From Promethearchaeota archaeon (GTDB lineage Archaea; Asgardarchaeota; Lokiarchaeia; Sigyniarchaeales; SOKP01), in assembly GCA_019058295.1 (NCBI GenBank), contig JAHPZI010000010.1, positions 37,478-101,477 of the forward strand: a DNA stretch of 64,000 bases, written 5' to 3'. Position 1 is the stretch's first letter. The number at the start of each line of letters is the position of its first letter. Made by a program: the position numbers and the translations under genes. The notes beneath the pieces are model-generated. The model did no database searches. It was not told the DNA's origin and saw only the letters and a list, made by a program, of their open reading frames with translations. Of the stretch, positions 19,642 through 30,253 are shown piece after piece.

Positions 19642-20046
19642 TAATAAAGAAAAGCCATTCTAACTATTTAAATATTTCTAGCCTTACTCTAATTTGCTTA
19701 ATCCCAAATCTGACTAATATTATTTATAATTACCTTACATAAATATACTTAGCAAGCTTTCACCATATGGAATTAAGTAAAATATATAGCAGGTAAAAAA
19801 CCGTATGATATCCTCAAACGGATTACTGATTGAAGCTTAATTTTTTCCTTAGTAGCCTTCATGGGCTACAGATGCGTTACCTTTTCCGACATCTATAGTT
19901 CGCTTCTTTCATGATAATAGGTGAGAAAAAAAACGATTTTGTTATATTTAAGAATAATAATATCCTATTTAAATGATTTGGAAGAACTGGGTAAATCTTC
20001 CCACTAATATGGGAACAATCATATTGAAAATATAATTAGTTTGGAA

Positions 20047-20496
20047 TTATACTCTGTTGGTGTATTTATCAAACCATTCATTGAATATTTCATGCCGTTT
20101 GAACTTTTCAATGTCGAAATTTTTTCCTACAATCATTAAATTTCTAAGGGAAGCTAATAGAGCAGTAAAAAAAGCTTCATCCATTATATGAAACTCAATA
20201 ATGTGTTTATCATTATCAACAAGAGCAAATTTGTAGTCATTTAGATCTAATTTCTCAGATTTGAAATGCTCATACTCCTTCACACTAAAATCTAATTCAA
20301 ATAAGACTTGTTTTTTAAATTCAGTAAGATTATCATTTTTGAATGATCCTGATACAAATAGATTAAAAAATCCCATTTGATATCCTTGGTCGTCATTAAT
20401 AGGTTTAATTTGTTCTTCTGCTTTCTCAATAAAGATATATTCGACAGTTATATCTGGGTCTATAATATTATCCTGAATTTCTTCTTCATCAGGCAT
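20047..20496 (-). CDS. Hypothetical acidic protein
   Basis: 149 aa ORF overlapping the stop codon of the upstream ABC gene (translational coupling). Confidence 0.7.
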   Translation of the reverse strand: MPDEEEIQDNIIDPDITVEYIFIEKAEEQIKPINDDQGYQMGFFNLFVSGSFKNDNLTEFKKQVLFELDFSVKEYEHFKSEKLDLNDYKFALVDNDKHIIEFHIMDEAFFTALLASLRNLMIVGKNFDIEKFKRHEIFNEWFDKYTNRV

Positions 20497-22297
20497 GAGT
20501 ACTTTTTCTCATTTTTTCTATATACTCTAATGACTGGTGTCTAAAATAAGTATTGTAAAGTTCAGCATATTTTCCGCCTTTTGCCATAAGCTCATCATGG
20601 TTTCCTTGTTCAACAATTTTTCCATGATCTAAAACAATAATCCTATCGACATGGCGAACTGTCCAAAGACGATGTGCAATAATAATAGATGTTCGCCCCT
20701 TAATTGTCTTTTCAAGGGCGTCTTGTATTCGCGTCTCGGTAAAGGGATCTACACTAGCCGTAGCTTCGTCTAAAATGAGAATTGAAGGATTCTCGAGTAA
20801 AGTTCGGGCAAAAACGACTAATTGACGTTGTCCCATTGAAAGTTGATTCCCTCTTTCTCCAACTTTCGTAATTAATCCTTTTGATAACTCCCCAACCCAA
20901 CCATAACCACTTGTTTGATTCAATGCCTCAATAATATCTTCTCTAGTTGCGTTATTAAAACCGTATCTAATATTACTTTTAATTGTACCAGACCATAAGA
21001 ATGGTATTTGAGGTATAATTCCTATTTGTTTTCGGTATTCGCTAAGATCAAAATCTCTAATTGATGTTCCATCAATTAAAATGTTGCCACCTTGAAATTC
21101 ATAAAATCGAGCCAACAATTTAGCTAAAGAAGATTTACCTGCCCCTGTGTGACCAACAATAGCCAAAGATTCACCTGGTTGTATAGTTAGAGAAAAATTA
21201 TCGAAAACTCTTTTTTCATCTTCATATTGAAATGTTAAATTCCTAAACTCAATTTTACCTTTGAACTTTTCTGGTTTTATATCGTTATTTTGAATAACAA
21301 CTGGAGGAGTATCAATTAAAGCAAAAATTCTTTCTGAGGCTGCTAATCCTGCTTGAAGTTGGGGCCAAAATGCGGCAATCACTAATAGAGGAAAGAATAA
21401 CATCTGAAGACTTTGTAGAAATAGGTATAACTCTCCCACACTTATTTGCCCTCCAATAACGTATATGCCTCCAAAATAAACAATTAAAGCTAAAAGAACT
21501 CCCATTATAACACCAAGGGAAGGAAAAATTGTATATAAAACAAATCCTTTCTTTAAGTTAACATTGTAAGATTGATTATTGACATCGTTAAACTTTTCAT
21601 AAAGTTTCCTTTCCTGTCGAAAAGTTTTTGCTATTTGAATCCCGCTAAAACTTTCTTTGACATACGCATTAACAGATGCTAATGCTCTTTGACCTAAAAG
21701 AGTCTTATGTCTAGCTATCTTCCTAAATAATAATGCTACGATAAAAAAGAGCGGAATTGAGATCATAAAAATGATAGCTAAAAACATATTAATTAAGCAC
21801 ATAACTATTAACAATATTGCCATAATAAAGAGAGATGAGACAACCTGCATTGTTAGATCAACAGTTTGACCAAAATCTCGACTGTCTGTGTTCATTCGGC
21901 TGACAATTTTTCCAATTGGATTCCTATCAAAAAATGATAGATCATGGTTTAATACAGACTTATTTGCATCTCTTCGTAAATCTAAAACAACATTTCCAAC
22001 TACTCTAGCAGTATATTTCTGCCGAAAATAGTTAAACCCCCAGCTTAAAAGATTTAAAATAAAAATTAATAGAATGACTATAATCAAATATAAAAGATCT
22101 CTATTAGTTTCTAAATTGGTTATAGCAATTGAGACCAAAATTGGTATCAAAGCATATGTAAAAGCTGAGATTATCAAAAAAAATATAACTATGCTCATTT
22201 CTCGCCTATACGGATGAAAATAAGAAAATATCCGATTTACTAAATATTTATCTTCATACTTTCGGTCATATTCTTCTGCTTCAAGACCGGCCAACAT
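20489..22297 (-). CDS. ABC exporter, TMD-NBD half (MdlB-like)
   Basis: GHTGAGKS Walker A, LSMGQRQ signature, ILDEATA Walker B, N-terminal TM domain. Confidence 0.93.
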   Translation of the reverse strand: MLAGLEAEEYDRKYEDKYLVNRIFSYFHPYRREMSIVIFFLIISAFTYALIPILVSIAITNLETNRDLLYLIIVILLIFILNLLSWGFNYFRQKYTARVVGNVVLDLRRDANKSVLNHDLSFFDRNPIGKIVSRMNTDSRDFGQTVDLTMQVVSSLFIMAILLIVMCLINMFLAIIFMISIPLFFIVALLFRKIARHKTLLGQRALASVNAYVKESFSGIQIAKTFRQERKLYEKFNDVNNQSYNVNLKKGFVLYTIFPSLGVIMGVLLALIVYFGGIYVIGGQISVGELYLFLQSLQMLFFPLLVIAAFWPQLQAGLAASERIFALIDTPPVVIQNNDIKPEKFKGKIEFRNLTFQYEDEKRVFDNFSLTIQPGESLAIVGHTGAGKSSLAKLLARFYEFQGGNILIDGTSIRDFDLSEYRKQIGIIPQIPFLWSGTIKSNIRYGFNNATREDIIEALNQTSGYGWVGELSKGLITKVGERGNQLSMGQRQLVVFARTLLENPSILILDEATASVDPFTETRIQDALEKTIKGRTSIIIAHRLWTVRHVDRIIVLDHGKIVEQGNHDELMAKGGKYAELYNTYFRHQSLEYIEKMRKSTHA

Positions 22298-24162
22298 TAC
22301 AATTTCTCCTCACATTGTTTTAATAAATAATCTAAATCTACATCGAATTTTTTAACAAAAATTTTCCTATATTCTTCTGATGTTCTAAGCAATTCTTCGT
22401 GAGTACCTTTGGCTACAATTTCTCCTTGTTTTAATACTAAAATTAAATCAGCCCATCTTATTTGACTTAAACGATGAGTAATTAAAATTGTTGTTCTGTC
22501 TTTTAGTATGTTTCGAATAGCTTTTTGAATTTTATCCTCAGTTGCCGAATCAATTGCAGATGTTGAATCATCCAATATTAGAATTCGAGGATCACTAAGA
22601 AATGCACGGGCTATTGCAATTCTCTGTCTTTCGCCACCACTAAGCTGAACACCTCGTTCTCCAACCTCTGAATTGTATCCATTTGGTAATTTAGAGATAA
22701 ACTCATGTGCTTGAGCTTGCTTAGCAACCATTTCAACATCTTCAATTGAACTCGTTCTTCCAAATGTAATATTTTCGAAAATGGTTGTAGAAAATAAAAA
22801 TACATCTTGTTCAATATATGAGATTTGGCTTCTTAAAGAGTTTAATGCCATATTGCGCACATCTATATTATCTATAAGTATTCTACCCTCATTCACATCG
22901 TATAAGCGGGAAATTAATTTAGTTAAAGTGGTTTTACCTGATCCGGTTGTACCCACAATCGCAATTGTCTGTCCAGGTTTCACTTCAAAAGATAAATTTT
23001 TTAATATTGGTTGAGAACGTTTGGAGTAAGCAAAAGAAACATTTTCAAATTTAATATTACCCTCAAATATCTTTTCACTACCCTCAAGGTTTTCGTCAAT
23101 TTCAGTTTCTTGATTCATAAAATTAAGCAATCTTTGAGCGCCTGAAACAGCCAAACGAATAATAGCAAATACAAATATAGAAATAAATGTGGGAAAACGC
23201 AATAAAGAAATTAATCCAACATACGCGATGATTTGTCCAATATTCATAAAACCTTGATAATATAGATAAATTGCATGAGTCAACCCAAATGTAACAGATA
23301 ATGCCAAAAATAAGAGTGGTAGGTATTTTGCTTGAATATGTCCTTGCTTAATAAAAGCATCCCTATAATTCATTGCTTTATCAAGATATTTCTTCATCTC
23401 AGCCAATTCTTGAGTGCTACTTTTCACAACTTCTATACCGTTTAGAGTTTCAGTCAGAGTTGCATTCATTCGACCAAATTCAAATCTCAATATACCAGTT
23501 ACTGGTGTAATTTTATGAATATAAGATCTTAACGCAAATAAGAAGAATATTACAAAAATCAATGGAGCTAAAAGCAATTGGGGAGGAAAAAATAATGCTA
23601 TATATATTAAAGGCACAACTAATGAAGTAAAAGATTCTATTATAAGTGATAATGCGGGACTAATCATGAAATTAAGCATTCGGACATCATCTGTGGCACG
23701 TGCCATAACTTCTCCAATTTTTTGCTGATCATGAAAAGATTGGCTTTTTCCCAGAAGATTGGTAAAAAATTCCCTACGAACATCTCTTTCTAATCGTTGA
23801 GCCAAAATCTCTCTTACCAGATAATTAAAAAGTCTTAAAATAGGAACGCTTATACCTAATATTAAAATTATAATAATGTAAAATATAAAATTTGAATCAT
23901 TACCATCCATTAATTCAGAAATCGTCATACCTAGGACAATTAATGAAGCTGAATTTAAATTTGCAGCAACGATTGTAGTAAATAAAACGAAAAAAATAAA
24001 AAATTTGTTATTTTTATGAAATAAATGCGCTAAAATCCACGGACGCGTCCCTTTATGGCGAGTTTTTATAAAACGATCTATTTCTGGAGAAAATTCAACA
24101 GTTTGGTTAATAGAAGATCTATTTTTTTTTATTAAATGGGTTTTTTTTTTCCTGTTATCCAT
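22297..24162 (-). CDS. ABC exporter, TMD-NBD half (MdlA-like)
   Basis: GTTGSGKT, LSGGERQR, degenerate Walker B ILDDSTS; forms a heterodimer pair with the neighbour. Confidence 0.93.
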   Translation of the reverse strand: MDNRKKKTHLIKKNRSSINQTVEFSPEIDRFIKTRHKGTRPWILAHLFHKNNKFFIFFVLFTTIVAANLNSASLIVLGMTISELMDGNDSNFIFYIIIILILGISVPILRLFNYLVREILAQRLERDVRREFFTNLLGKSQSFHDQQKIGEVMARATDDVRMLNFMISPALSLIIESFTSLVVPLIYIALFFPPQLLLAPLIFVIFFLFALRSYIHKITPVTGILRFEFGRMNATLTETLNGIEVVKSSTQELAEMKKYLDKAMNYRDAFIKQGHIQAKYLPLLFLALSVTFGLTHAIYLYYQGFMNIGQIIAYVGLISLLRFPTFISIFVFAIIRLAVSGAQRLLNFMNQETEIDENLEGSEKIFEGNIKFENVSFAYSKRSQPILKNLSFEVKPGQTIAIVGTTGSGKTTLTKLISRLYDVNEGRILIDNIDVRNMALNSLRSQISYIEQDVFLFSTTIFENITFGRTSSIEDVEMVAKQAQAHEFISKLPNGYNSEVGERGVQLSGGERQRIAIARAFLSDPRILILDDSTSAIDSATEDKIQKAIRNILKDRTTILITHRLSQIRWADLILVLKQGEIVAKGTHEELLRTSEEYRKIFVKKFDVDLDYLLKQCEEKL

Positions 24163-24270
24163 AATATGTTAATTTAAAATATTATCGAGAATTTCAGTAT
24201 TCTTATTTAGAAATATAAATTAATCAATTCCAATTATTTATAGTATTTTTTCTGAAATTAGAAAAAAAAA

Positions 24271-25251
24271 TTAGATAAAAAATTTAACGGGAAAGTAAAT
24301 AATAATAGAAAGTATTGCTGATACAGGGAAAGTTAAAATCCAAACCAATATGATCTTCCATAAGCCTTTTTTCATCGGGGTTCTGCTTGCTTTCGCTAAT
24401 CCTACTAAGGATGCAACTAGCATGTGAGATCCTGATAGTGGTATTTTTTGAATGGTTCCAATTAACATTATTGCTGCTGTTGGTAGCTGCGCCGCAAATG
24501 CTGTGGAAGGTCTAAGTTCTGTCATTTCTCCTAAATTCTTAATAACTACCCTCCCTAAAACAACAAGTCCACAGCCTAAACTCAAACCAGTAATTATCAG
24601 GAGAAAACCAACATCAACTTTACCTACACCCACCACGATTCCTACCGCATTGGAACAATCATTTCCCGATCTTGAAAAAGCGGTAATACAAATTGCAATT
24701 AAGATGATGATGGCAAATTTTTTCTCATACCCTTCATAGTCTTGAAATCCATTAAGCCGATTTTCTTTAAATTTATACATAATTTTATAAGCAAAATATG
24801 TACCAAAAAATCCTACAATAGGAGATAAAATCCACCACATTGCCAAGTAGAGAATCATTCCCCAATTTAATCCGGTAATTCCCCATAGAAAAATTCCAAT
24901 CCCTATGATACTTCCGATTGTAGCATGAGTTGTGGAGATCGGAAGCCCTAAAGCAGATGCAAGAATCAACCAGATGGCTGTTGAAATCAAAACAGTCATA
25001 ACAATTACTTGGGTAACCTCAATGTTACTCGCAAGAATACTATTCCCAACCGTTTTTGCAACTCCTTCGCCTAATAATAATGCCCCCGCAAATGCAAGTA
25101 TAACAGCAAATAAAAGGACTTCTTTCATCGTTAGAATCTTGGAACCGTATATCACAGAAAAAGTTTCATCATTCCCACCGATTCCTACTGCGATCACTAC
25201 TGCTATAATAAGGAAAATGATGATAATGATTGTAAATTCCAATTTATTCAC
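24271..25251 (-). CDS. Inorganic phosphate transporter, PiT family
   Basis: GGNDE and SGNDCSN signature repeats, GLPISTTH, PLSGSH. Confidence 0.9.
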   Translation of the reverse strand: MNKLEFTIIIIIFLIIAVVIAVGIGGNDETFSVIYGSKILTMKEVLLFAVILAFAGALLLGEGVAKTVGNSILASNIEVTQVIVMTVLISTAIWLILASALGLPISTTHATIGSIIGIGIFLWGITGLNWGMILYLAMWWILSPIVGFFGTYFAYKIMYKFKENRLNGFQDYEGYEKKFAIIILIAICITAFSRSGNDCSNAVGIVVGVGKVDVGFLLIITGLSLGCGLVVLGRVVIKNLGEMTELRPSTAFAAQLPTAAIMLIGTIQKIPLSGSHMLVASLVGLAKASRTPMKKGLWKIILVWILTFPVSAILSIIIYFPVKFFI

Positions 25252-25256
25252 CTGAA

Positions 25257-25904
25257 TTATTTACCGGGATACTTAATAATTAATCCTCTTAAAAAATCTG
25301 AAATCTCTTCAGCCCCAGATATTACATCAAAAATTAATGTAACTATTTTCCATGTTAAGCTTATTCGCAATGGTTCGTCCTTTTTCTGGAAAATAATATG
25401 AAGAATTTTAAATTTCAAATCAAATGCTTGTCTTTTCCATTTTTCAACTTCAAAAGTTATCTCATAAGCCCCGCTAAAACTGGTTTCCATAAGTAATGTG
25501 CAATTTAGAAGTTGATTTACAGTCTCCAAATATAATTTGTTTAATTGGTTCATCTCGTCTCTAATATCCTCATAAAATTCGAACGGAAAAACTTGGATAT
25601 ATCTGGCTATGATCTCAGACATATCCATAATATTATCTAAAGAAGTTATTATTTTATATCTGTCTTCAATCAAAAAAGGAAGCGCTCTTTTATCCTTAAA
25701 TAAAACCTCTATATATTTCTCTTTAATCCTATCGCAATGCTTTTCGCATAATATTATTTCTTGAAATTTTTCCCCTACTTTATCTAACCTATTTTCGATA
25801 AAATCGCTCATATAATTGAATAGCCTTTCGGCGCCATTTCGTATTTCTTCTTGAAATTCTTTATTAATTTGGCTTATATTTTCCCTTTCTTTTTTCAATT
25901 TCAT
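25257..25904 (-). CDS. DUF47/PhoU-like phosphate transport regulator
   Basis: EKHCD, LPFLIEDR..I..SLD motifs; helical protein directly upstream of PiT. Confidence 0.85.
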   Translation of the reverse strand: MKLKKERENISQINKEFQEEIRNGAERLFNYMSDFIENRLDKVGEKFQEIILCEKHCDRIKEKYIEVLFKDKRALPFLIEDRYKIITSLDNIMDMSEIIARYIQVFPFEFYEDIRDEMNQLNKLYLETVNQLLNCTLLMETSFSGAYEITFEVEKWKRQAFDLKFKILHIIFQKKDEPLRISLTWKIVTLIFDVISGAEEISDFLRGLIIKYPGK

Positions 25905-26098
25905 TCATTAATCACTATATCTCTCAAAAACAGCTTTTTAATATTATTTCTTTAAAGTGTAATTTTATTAAGAATTAGTAAAATAAATATTATACTTTAT
26001 TGGAACCCTTGTTAAAAATAAAAAAATTATCCATTTAAAAATTTTTAATTATAATTTATCATTTCACTATGTAAAAATAATAATTGGATATATAATAT

Positions 26099-27460
26099 AT
26101 GTATAAATATAGCGTTTCAATTTTAGGAACTGGTTTTATTGGATTATGTTCCGCAGCATGCTTTGCCCTAAAAGATATAAAAGTTATAGCTTCTACACAT
26201 AATGAAAAAAAAGCTGCCATAATAAATGATTACAGATCTCCTTTTTTTGAAGAAGGATTAGCTGAAATGCTGTCTGAAGTAAAGGAGCAAAAGCCAGAAC
26301 TTCTTAAATGTTTGACTGATCCTGTTCAGGCTGTTGTAGACACAGATATTATGATGATTACACAGGGAACACCGATGCGACCAGATAAATCGATCAATTT
26401 AGGTTTTATCGAAAGTACTGCTAAAGAGATTGGTGAAGCTTTGAAAAAAAGTGATAAATACCGTTTAATTGTTGTGAGATCGACTGTAGTACCGGGGACA
26501 ACTAGGAATCTAGTAGGTAAAACTATAACAGAAGTTTCAGGAAAAGAACCAGGAAAAGATTTTGGGCTATGTATGCAACCTGAGTTCTTAGCAGAGGGAC
26601 GATCCATTGAAGATACTCTTAAACCTGACCGTATAGTTCTTGGTTCAATAGACGAGAAAAGCGGAGCGATGCTTCAAGAATTTTATGAATACTTCTATGG
26701 AGAACATCTCAAAAATTGCCCAATCAAGCGAATGAATTTGGAAAGTGCTGAACTCGTAAAATATGGAAATAATTGCTTGTTATCCACAAAAATATCATAT
26801 GCTAATGAATTTGCTAACTTGGCTGAACTTGTCCCTAATGTTGATGTTGTTCAAGTGATGGAAGGGGTAGGTTTAGATTATAGAATTAATCATAGATTCT
26901 TAGGTGCGGGAGTAGGTTTTGGAGGGGCGTGTTTCCACAAAGATGTTAACGCTATTACGAAATGGTCGAGATCGAAAGGGTATATTTCCAAATTATTAGA
27001 AGCAGTTTTAGAAATAAATGATCTGAGAGCTATCCGTATTTTAGATATTGCAGAAGGATTAATCGGTAAATTAGAAGGTAAAAAAATCACATTACTTGGT
27101 CTTTCCTTTAAACCGGGTACTGACGATATGAGGGAAGCTCCGAGCATAAGGGTAATAGATGAATTATTAAGAAGAAATGTCACCGATATAGTGGGATATG
27201 ATCCTAAATCTAAAAACTCCGCAAAAGAAGCCATTGGAGATAAAATTAAATATGCTGAGTCCATTGAAGAAGCATTGAAAGATTCGGAATGCGCACTTTT
27301 GATAACTGATTGGAATGAATTTAAGAAATTAACACCAGATGATTTTAAAAAGCATATGAAAACACCTAATCTCATTGATGGCAGGAGAATCTATGATTAT
27401 GATGAATTTAATAAGGCTCTAAACTTTAGAGCTATGGGACGTATAGATTTAAAGAAATAA
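26099..27460 (+). CDS. UDP-glucose/GDP-mannose 6-dehydrogenase family
   Basis: GTGFIG, RSTVVPGT, PEFLAEG, GFGGACFHKD, FKPGTDDMREAP. Confidence 0.92.
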   Translation: MYKYSVSILGTGFIGLCSAACFALKDIKVIASTHNEKKAAIINDYRSPFFEEGLAEMLSEVKEQKPELLKCLTDPVQAVVDTDIMMITQGTPMRPDKSINLGFIESTAKEIGEALKKSDKYRLIVVRSTVVPGTTRNLVGKTITEVSGKEPGKDFGLCMQPEFLAEGRSIEDTLKPDRIVLGSIDEKSGAMLQEFYEYFYGEHLKNCPIKRMNLESAELVKYGNNCLLSTKISYANEFANLAELVPNVDVVQVMEGVGLDYRINHRFLGAGVGFGGACFHKDVNAITKWSRSKGYISKLLEAVLEINDLRAIRILDIAEGLIGKLEGKKITLLGLSFKPGTDDMREAPSIRVIDELLRRNVTDIVGYDPKSKNSAKEAIGDKIKYAESIEEALKDSECALLITDWNEFKKLTPDDFKKHMKTPNLIDGRRIYDYDEFNKALNFRAMGRIDLKK

Positions 27461-27490
27461 GAATTTATTATTACCTAATTTTTTTTCGAT

Positions 27491-28741
27491 TTATGGATAA
27501 TGACCTCTTAATTTTATTGCTTCAGCAACCCCAGAAACTGCAAGAACGTAAGCGGCCATTCTTAAAGTGACTTTTCTTTCTTGAGAGAGGGTATATACAT
27601 CCTCAAATGCTTTTAATAGAACTCTTTTAAGTTCTTTGTTGATTCTCTCAAGATCCCAAAAATAAGCATTAATATCTTGAATATATTCAAAATATGATAC
27701 TAACACACCACCGCTATTAGCAAGAATGTCTGGAACAACAGTTATTCCTTTATTTTTCAAGATTTCATCAGCATCAGGTGTTGTGGGTCCATTAGCCCCC
27801 TCAAGTATGATTTTGCAATCAATTTCTTCCGCATTTTCTTTTGTTATTTGATTTTCTGTGGCGGCGGGAATTAATATGTCACATTTTAATTTGAAGAAAT
27901 CCATATTTGATATATTTTGTACAGAATTCTTTTTATAATCCTTTATTTCCTTGTATTTATCTTTCCATTGCATTAATTCATTGATATTAATACCATCCTC
28001 AGAATATAATATAGCAGAAGAATCAGAAATAGCAATAATTTTACACCCTATATTATATAACTTTTCTGCGATGACTTTGCCCACCTTTCCAAAGCCTTGT
28101 ATAGCTACCGTCATCTCAGATAAATTTAAACCCATTTTAAGACAAATTGCCTCAGCTATAAAAAATAAACCTGTTCCCGTAGCTGTGGACCTTCCAAGGG
28201 AGCCTCCAATCTCAACAGGTTTCCCAGTTACCACCCCTGGAACTGTGACTCCTTTATGCATAGAATATACATCCATTAACCAAGCCATTGTCTGAGAGTC
28301 CGTATTCATATCGGGAGCAGGAATATCTTTATCGGGACCAATAAAATTAATTATTTCGACTGTGTATCTCCTTGTAAGCCTCTCAAGTTCTGCTTTAGAT
28401 AATTTTTTAACATCTACTTTAATACCTCCTTTTGCTCCTCCTAATGGTAATTTTAATAAACTCGTTTTCCATGTCATCCACATCGCTAAAGCTTTAACCT
28501 CGTTAAGATTTACATTTTTACTATATCTTATACCTCCTTTTCCAGGACCTTTAACCAAAGAATGATGAACCCGATGACCTTCAAACATCTGAAGTGAACC
28601 ATTATCCATTATTATTGGAATTGATACCGTAAGTATTCTTTGACAATACTTTAATCTTTCATGTATATTTGGATCCAAATTAATTTCTTTAGCTACAATT
28701 GCAAGTTGTTTTTTTGCTACTTCATAAGGATTTATTTCCAT
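27491..28741 (-). CDS. gdhA: Glutamate dehydrogenase
   Basis: GPGKGGIR, GGAKGG, DIPAPD, QGFGKVG, EGANGP, ANSGGV; likely start ATG 28741. Confidence 0.95.
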   Translation of the reverse strand: MEINPYEVAKKQLAIVAKEINLDPNIHERLKYCQRILTVSIPIIMDNGSLQMFEGHRVHHSLVKGPGKGGIRYSKNVNLNEVKALAMWMTWKTSLLKLPLGGAKGGIKVDVKKLSKAELERLTRRYTVEIINFIGPDKDIPAPDMNTDSQTMAWLMDVYSMHKGVTVPGVVTGKPVEIGGSLGRSTATGTGLFFIAEAICLKMGLNLSEMTVAIQGFGKVGKVIAEKLYNIGCKIIAISDSSAILYSEDGININELMQWKDKYKEIKDYKKNSVQNISNMDFFKLKCDILIPAATENQITKENAEEIDCKIILEGANGPTTPDADEILKNKGITVVPDILANSGGVLVSYFEYIQDINAYFWDLERINKELKRVLLKAFEDVYTLSQERKVTLRMAAYVLAVSGVAEAIKLRGHYP

Positions 28742-28837
28742 AATATAAAACAAAATCTAATGTTTTTAAAAATATTTATTTTATTTAAAAAATAAAATAA
28801 AATTTTGAAAGTAGAAGGTGAATAATTTAAAATAGAT

Positions 28838-30235
28838 TTATTTCTTATTTTGCAGATATTTATTTATTTCTATTGCTGCTTTTCTTCCTGCACCCATTGC
28901 AGAGATCACTGTCGCAGATCCCGTAACAATATCTCCTCCTGCGAAAATATCTTCAATATTAGTCCTACCATCTTCGTCGGTCTCAATATAACCCCATTTA
29001 TTTAGCTTTAAGTCAGAAGTAGATTTAGTAAGGACAGGATTTGCTCTCGTTCCAACTGCTATAATAACAGTATTTGTATTTATGATAAATTCAGTATTTT
29101 CGATGGGAATTGGTCGACGCCTTCCAGATTCATCTGGTTCACCTAGCTCCATACGGATACATTCCATTTGAATAACATTATCATTTTCATCTCCTATAAA
29201 GCGAACGGGATTTGTTAAAAATTGGAATTCAATACCTTCTTCTTTAGCGTGATGATATTCTTCTTGCCTTGCGGGCATTTCTTTCTCTGATCTTCTATAA
29301 ACGATAATCACTTTATTAGCACCTAGTCTTAAAGCAGTTCTAGCAGAATCTAAAGCAACATTTCCTCCACCGATTACAGTTACAATTTTACCAACGTTAA
29401 TGGGTGTATCATATTCTGGAAAGGAATAAGCTTTCATTAGATTAGCCCTAGTAAGAAACTCATTTGCTGAAAGAACACCAATCAATTTTAACCCAGGTAC
29501 TTTTAGAAACATCGGAAGTCCTGCCCCCACACCAATGAAAAAAGCTTTAAATCCCATGTCTCTTAGATCTTGAATGGAATAAATTTTTCCTATGATTGCA
29601 TTATAATGAATTTTAACTCCCATTTCCGTAAGTGTATTAATCTCATCTGCTACGATGGCTTTTGGTAGACGAAATTCTGGGATGCCATAAACTAATACAC
29701 CTCCGCCTGTATGAAAAGCTTCAAAAATAGTCACATCGTATCCGTATTTCGCAAGATCAGCCGCACAGGTTATGCTTGCTGGGCCACATCCTATAACTGC
29801 GACTTTAATGCTATTAGGAGGCATACATTCGGGACAAGATTTGATCATATTATTTCTTTCCCAGTCTGCCACAAATCGTTCTAGGGCACCAATTGCGATG
29901 GGTTCCCATCGTTTCCCCAGCACACATTTTCCTTCGCACTGAACTTCCTGAGGACATACTCTTCCACAAATTGCAGGTAAAATGTTGAAGTTTTTTATAG
30001 TATCGATTGCTTCTCTAAAATTCTTTTCTTTAATATGCTTAATGAATTCAGGTATATCTATAAAAACAGGACAACCCTCTACACATAAAGGTTTAGCACA
30101 CTGTAAACATCTATCTGCTTCTATAATTGCTTGTTCTTCTGTAAAACCGAGGGGGACTTCCTTGAAATTATGAATTCTAACATTAGGATTTTGTTCTTCC
30201 ATTCTTTGCCGAGAAACTCTTTTTTTATCGCTCAA
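28838..30235 (-). CDS. nfnB: NfnB/SudA (GltD-like) NADPH-dependent flavoprotein
   Basis: CLQC..P.CVEGCP, CGRVCPQE.QCEGKC, YGIPEFRL, GGGNVA, AGGD; paired with NfnA. Confidence 0.85.
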   Translation of the reverse strand: MSDKKRVSRQRMEEQNPNVRIHNFKEVPLGFTEEQAIIEADRCLQCAKPLCVEGCPVFIDIPEFIKHIKEKNFREAIDTIKNFNILPAICGRVCPQEVQCEGKCVLGKRWEPIAIGALERFVADWERNNMIKSCPECMPPNSIKVAVIGCGPASITCAADLAKYGYDVTIFEAFHTGGGVLVYGIPEFRLPKAIVADEINTLTEMGVKIHYNAIIGKIYSIQDLRDMGFKAFFIGVGAGLPMFLKVPGLKLIGVLSANEFLTRANLMKAYSFPEYDTPINVGKIVTVIGGGNVALDSARTALRLGANKVIIVYRRSEKEMPARQEEYHHAKEEGIEFQFLTNPVRFIGDENDNVIQMECIRMELGEPDESGRRRPIPIENTEFIINTNTVIIAVGTRANPVLTKSTSDLKLNKWGYIETDEDGRTNIEDIFAGGDIVTGSATVISAMGAGRKAAIEINKYLQNKK

Positions 30236-30253
30236 CGAATAAAATCCTATTTA

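Noticed and set aside
19826-19833. CTGATTGA as a hammerhead ribozyme core
   Set aside because: Does not fit CUGANGA, and no matching GAAA or three-stem arrangement was found.
28838-30235. Calling this gene glutamate synthase small subunit (gltD)
   Set aside because: Pairing with a PyrK-like NfnA partner indicates NfnAB/SudAB.
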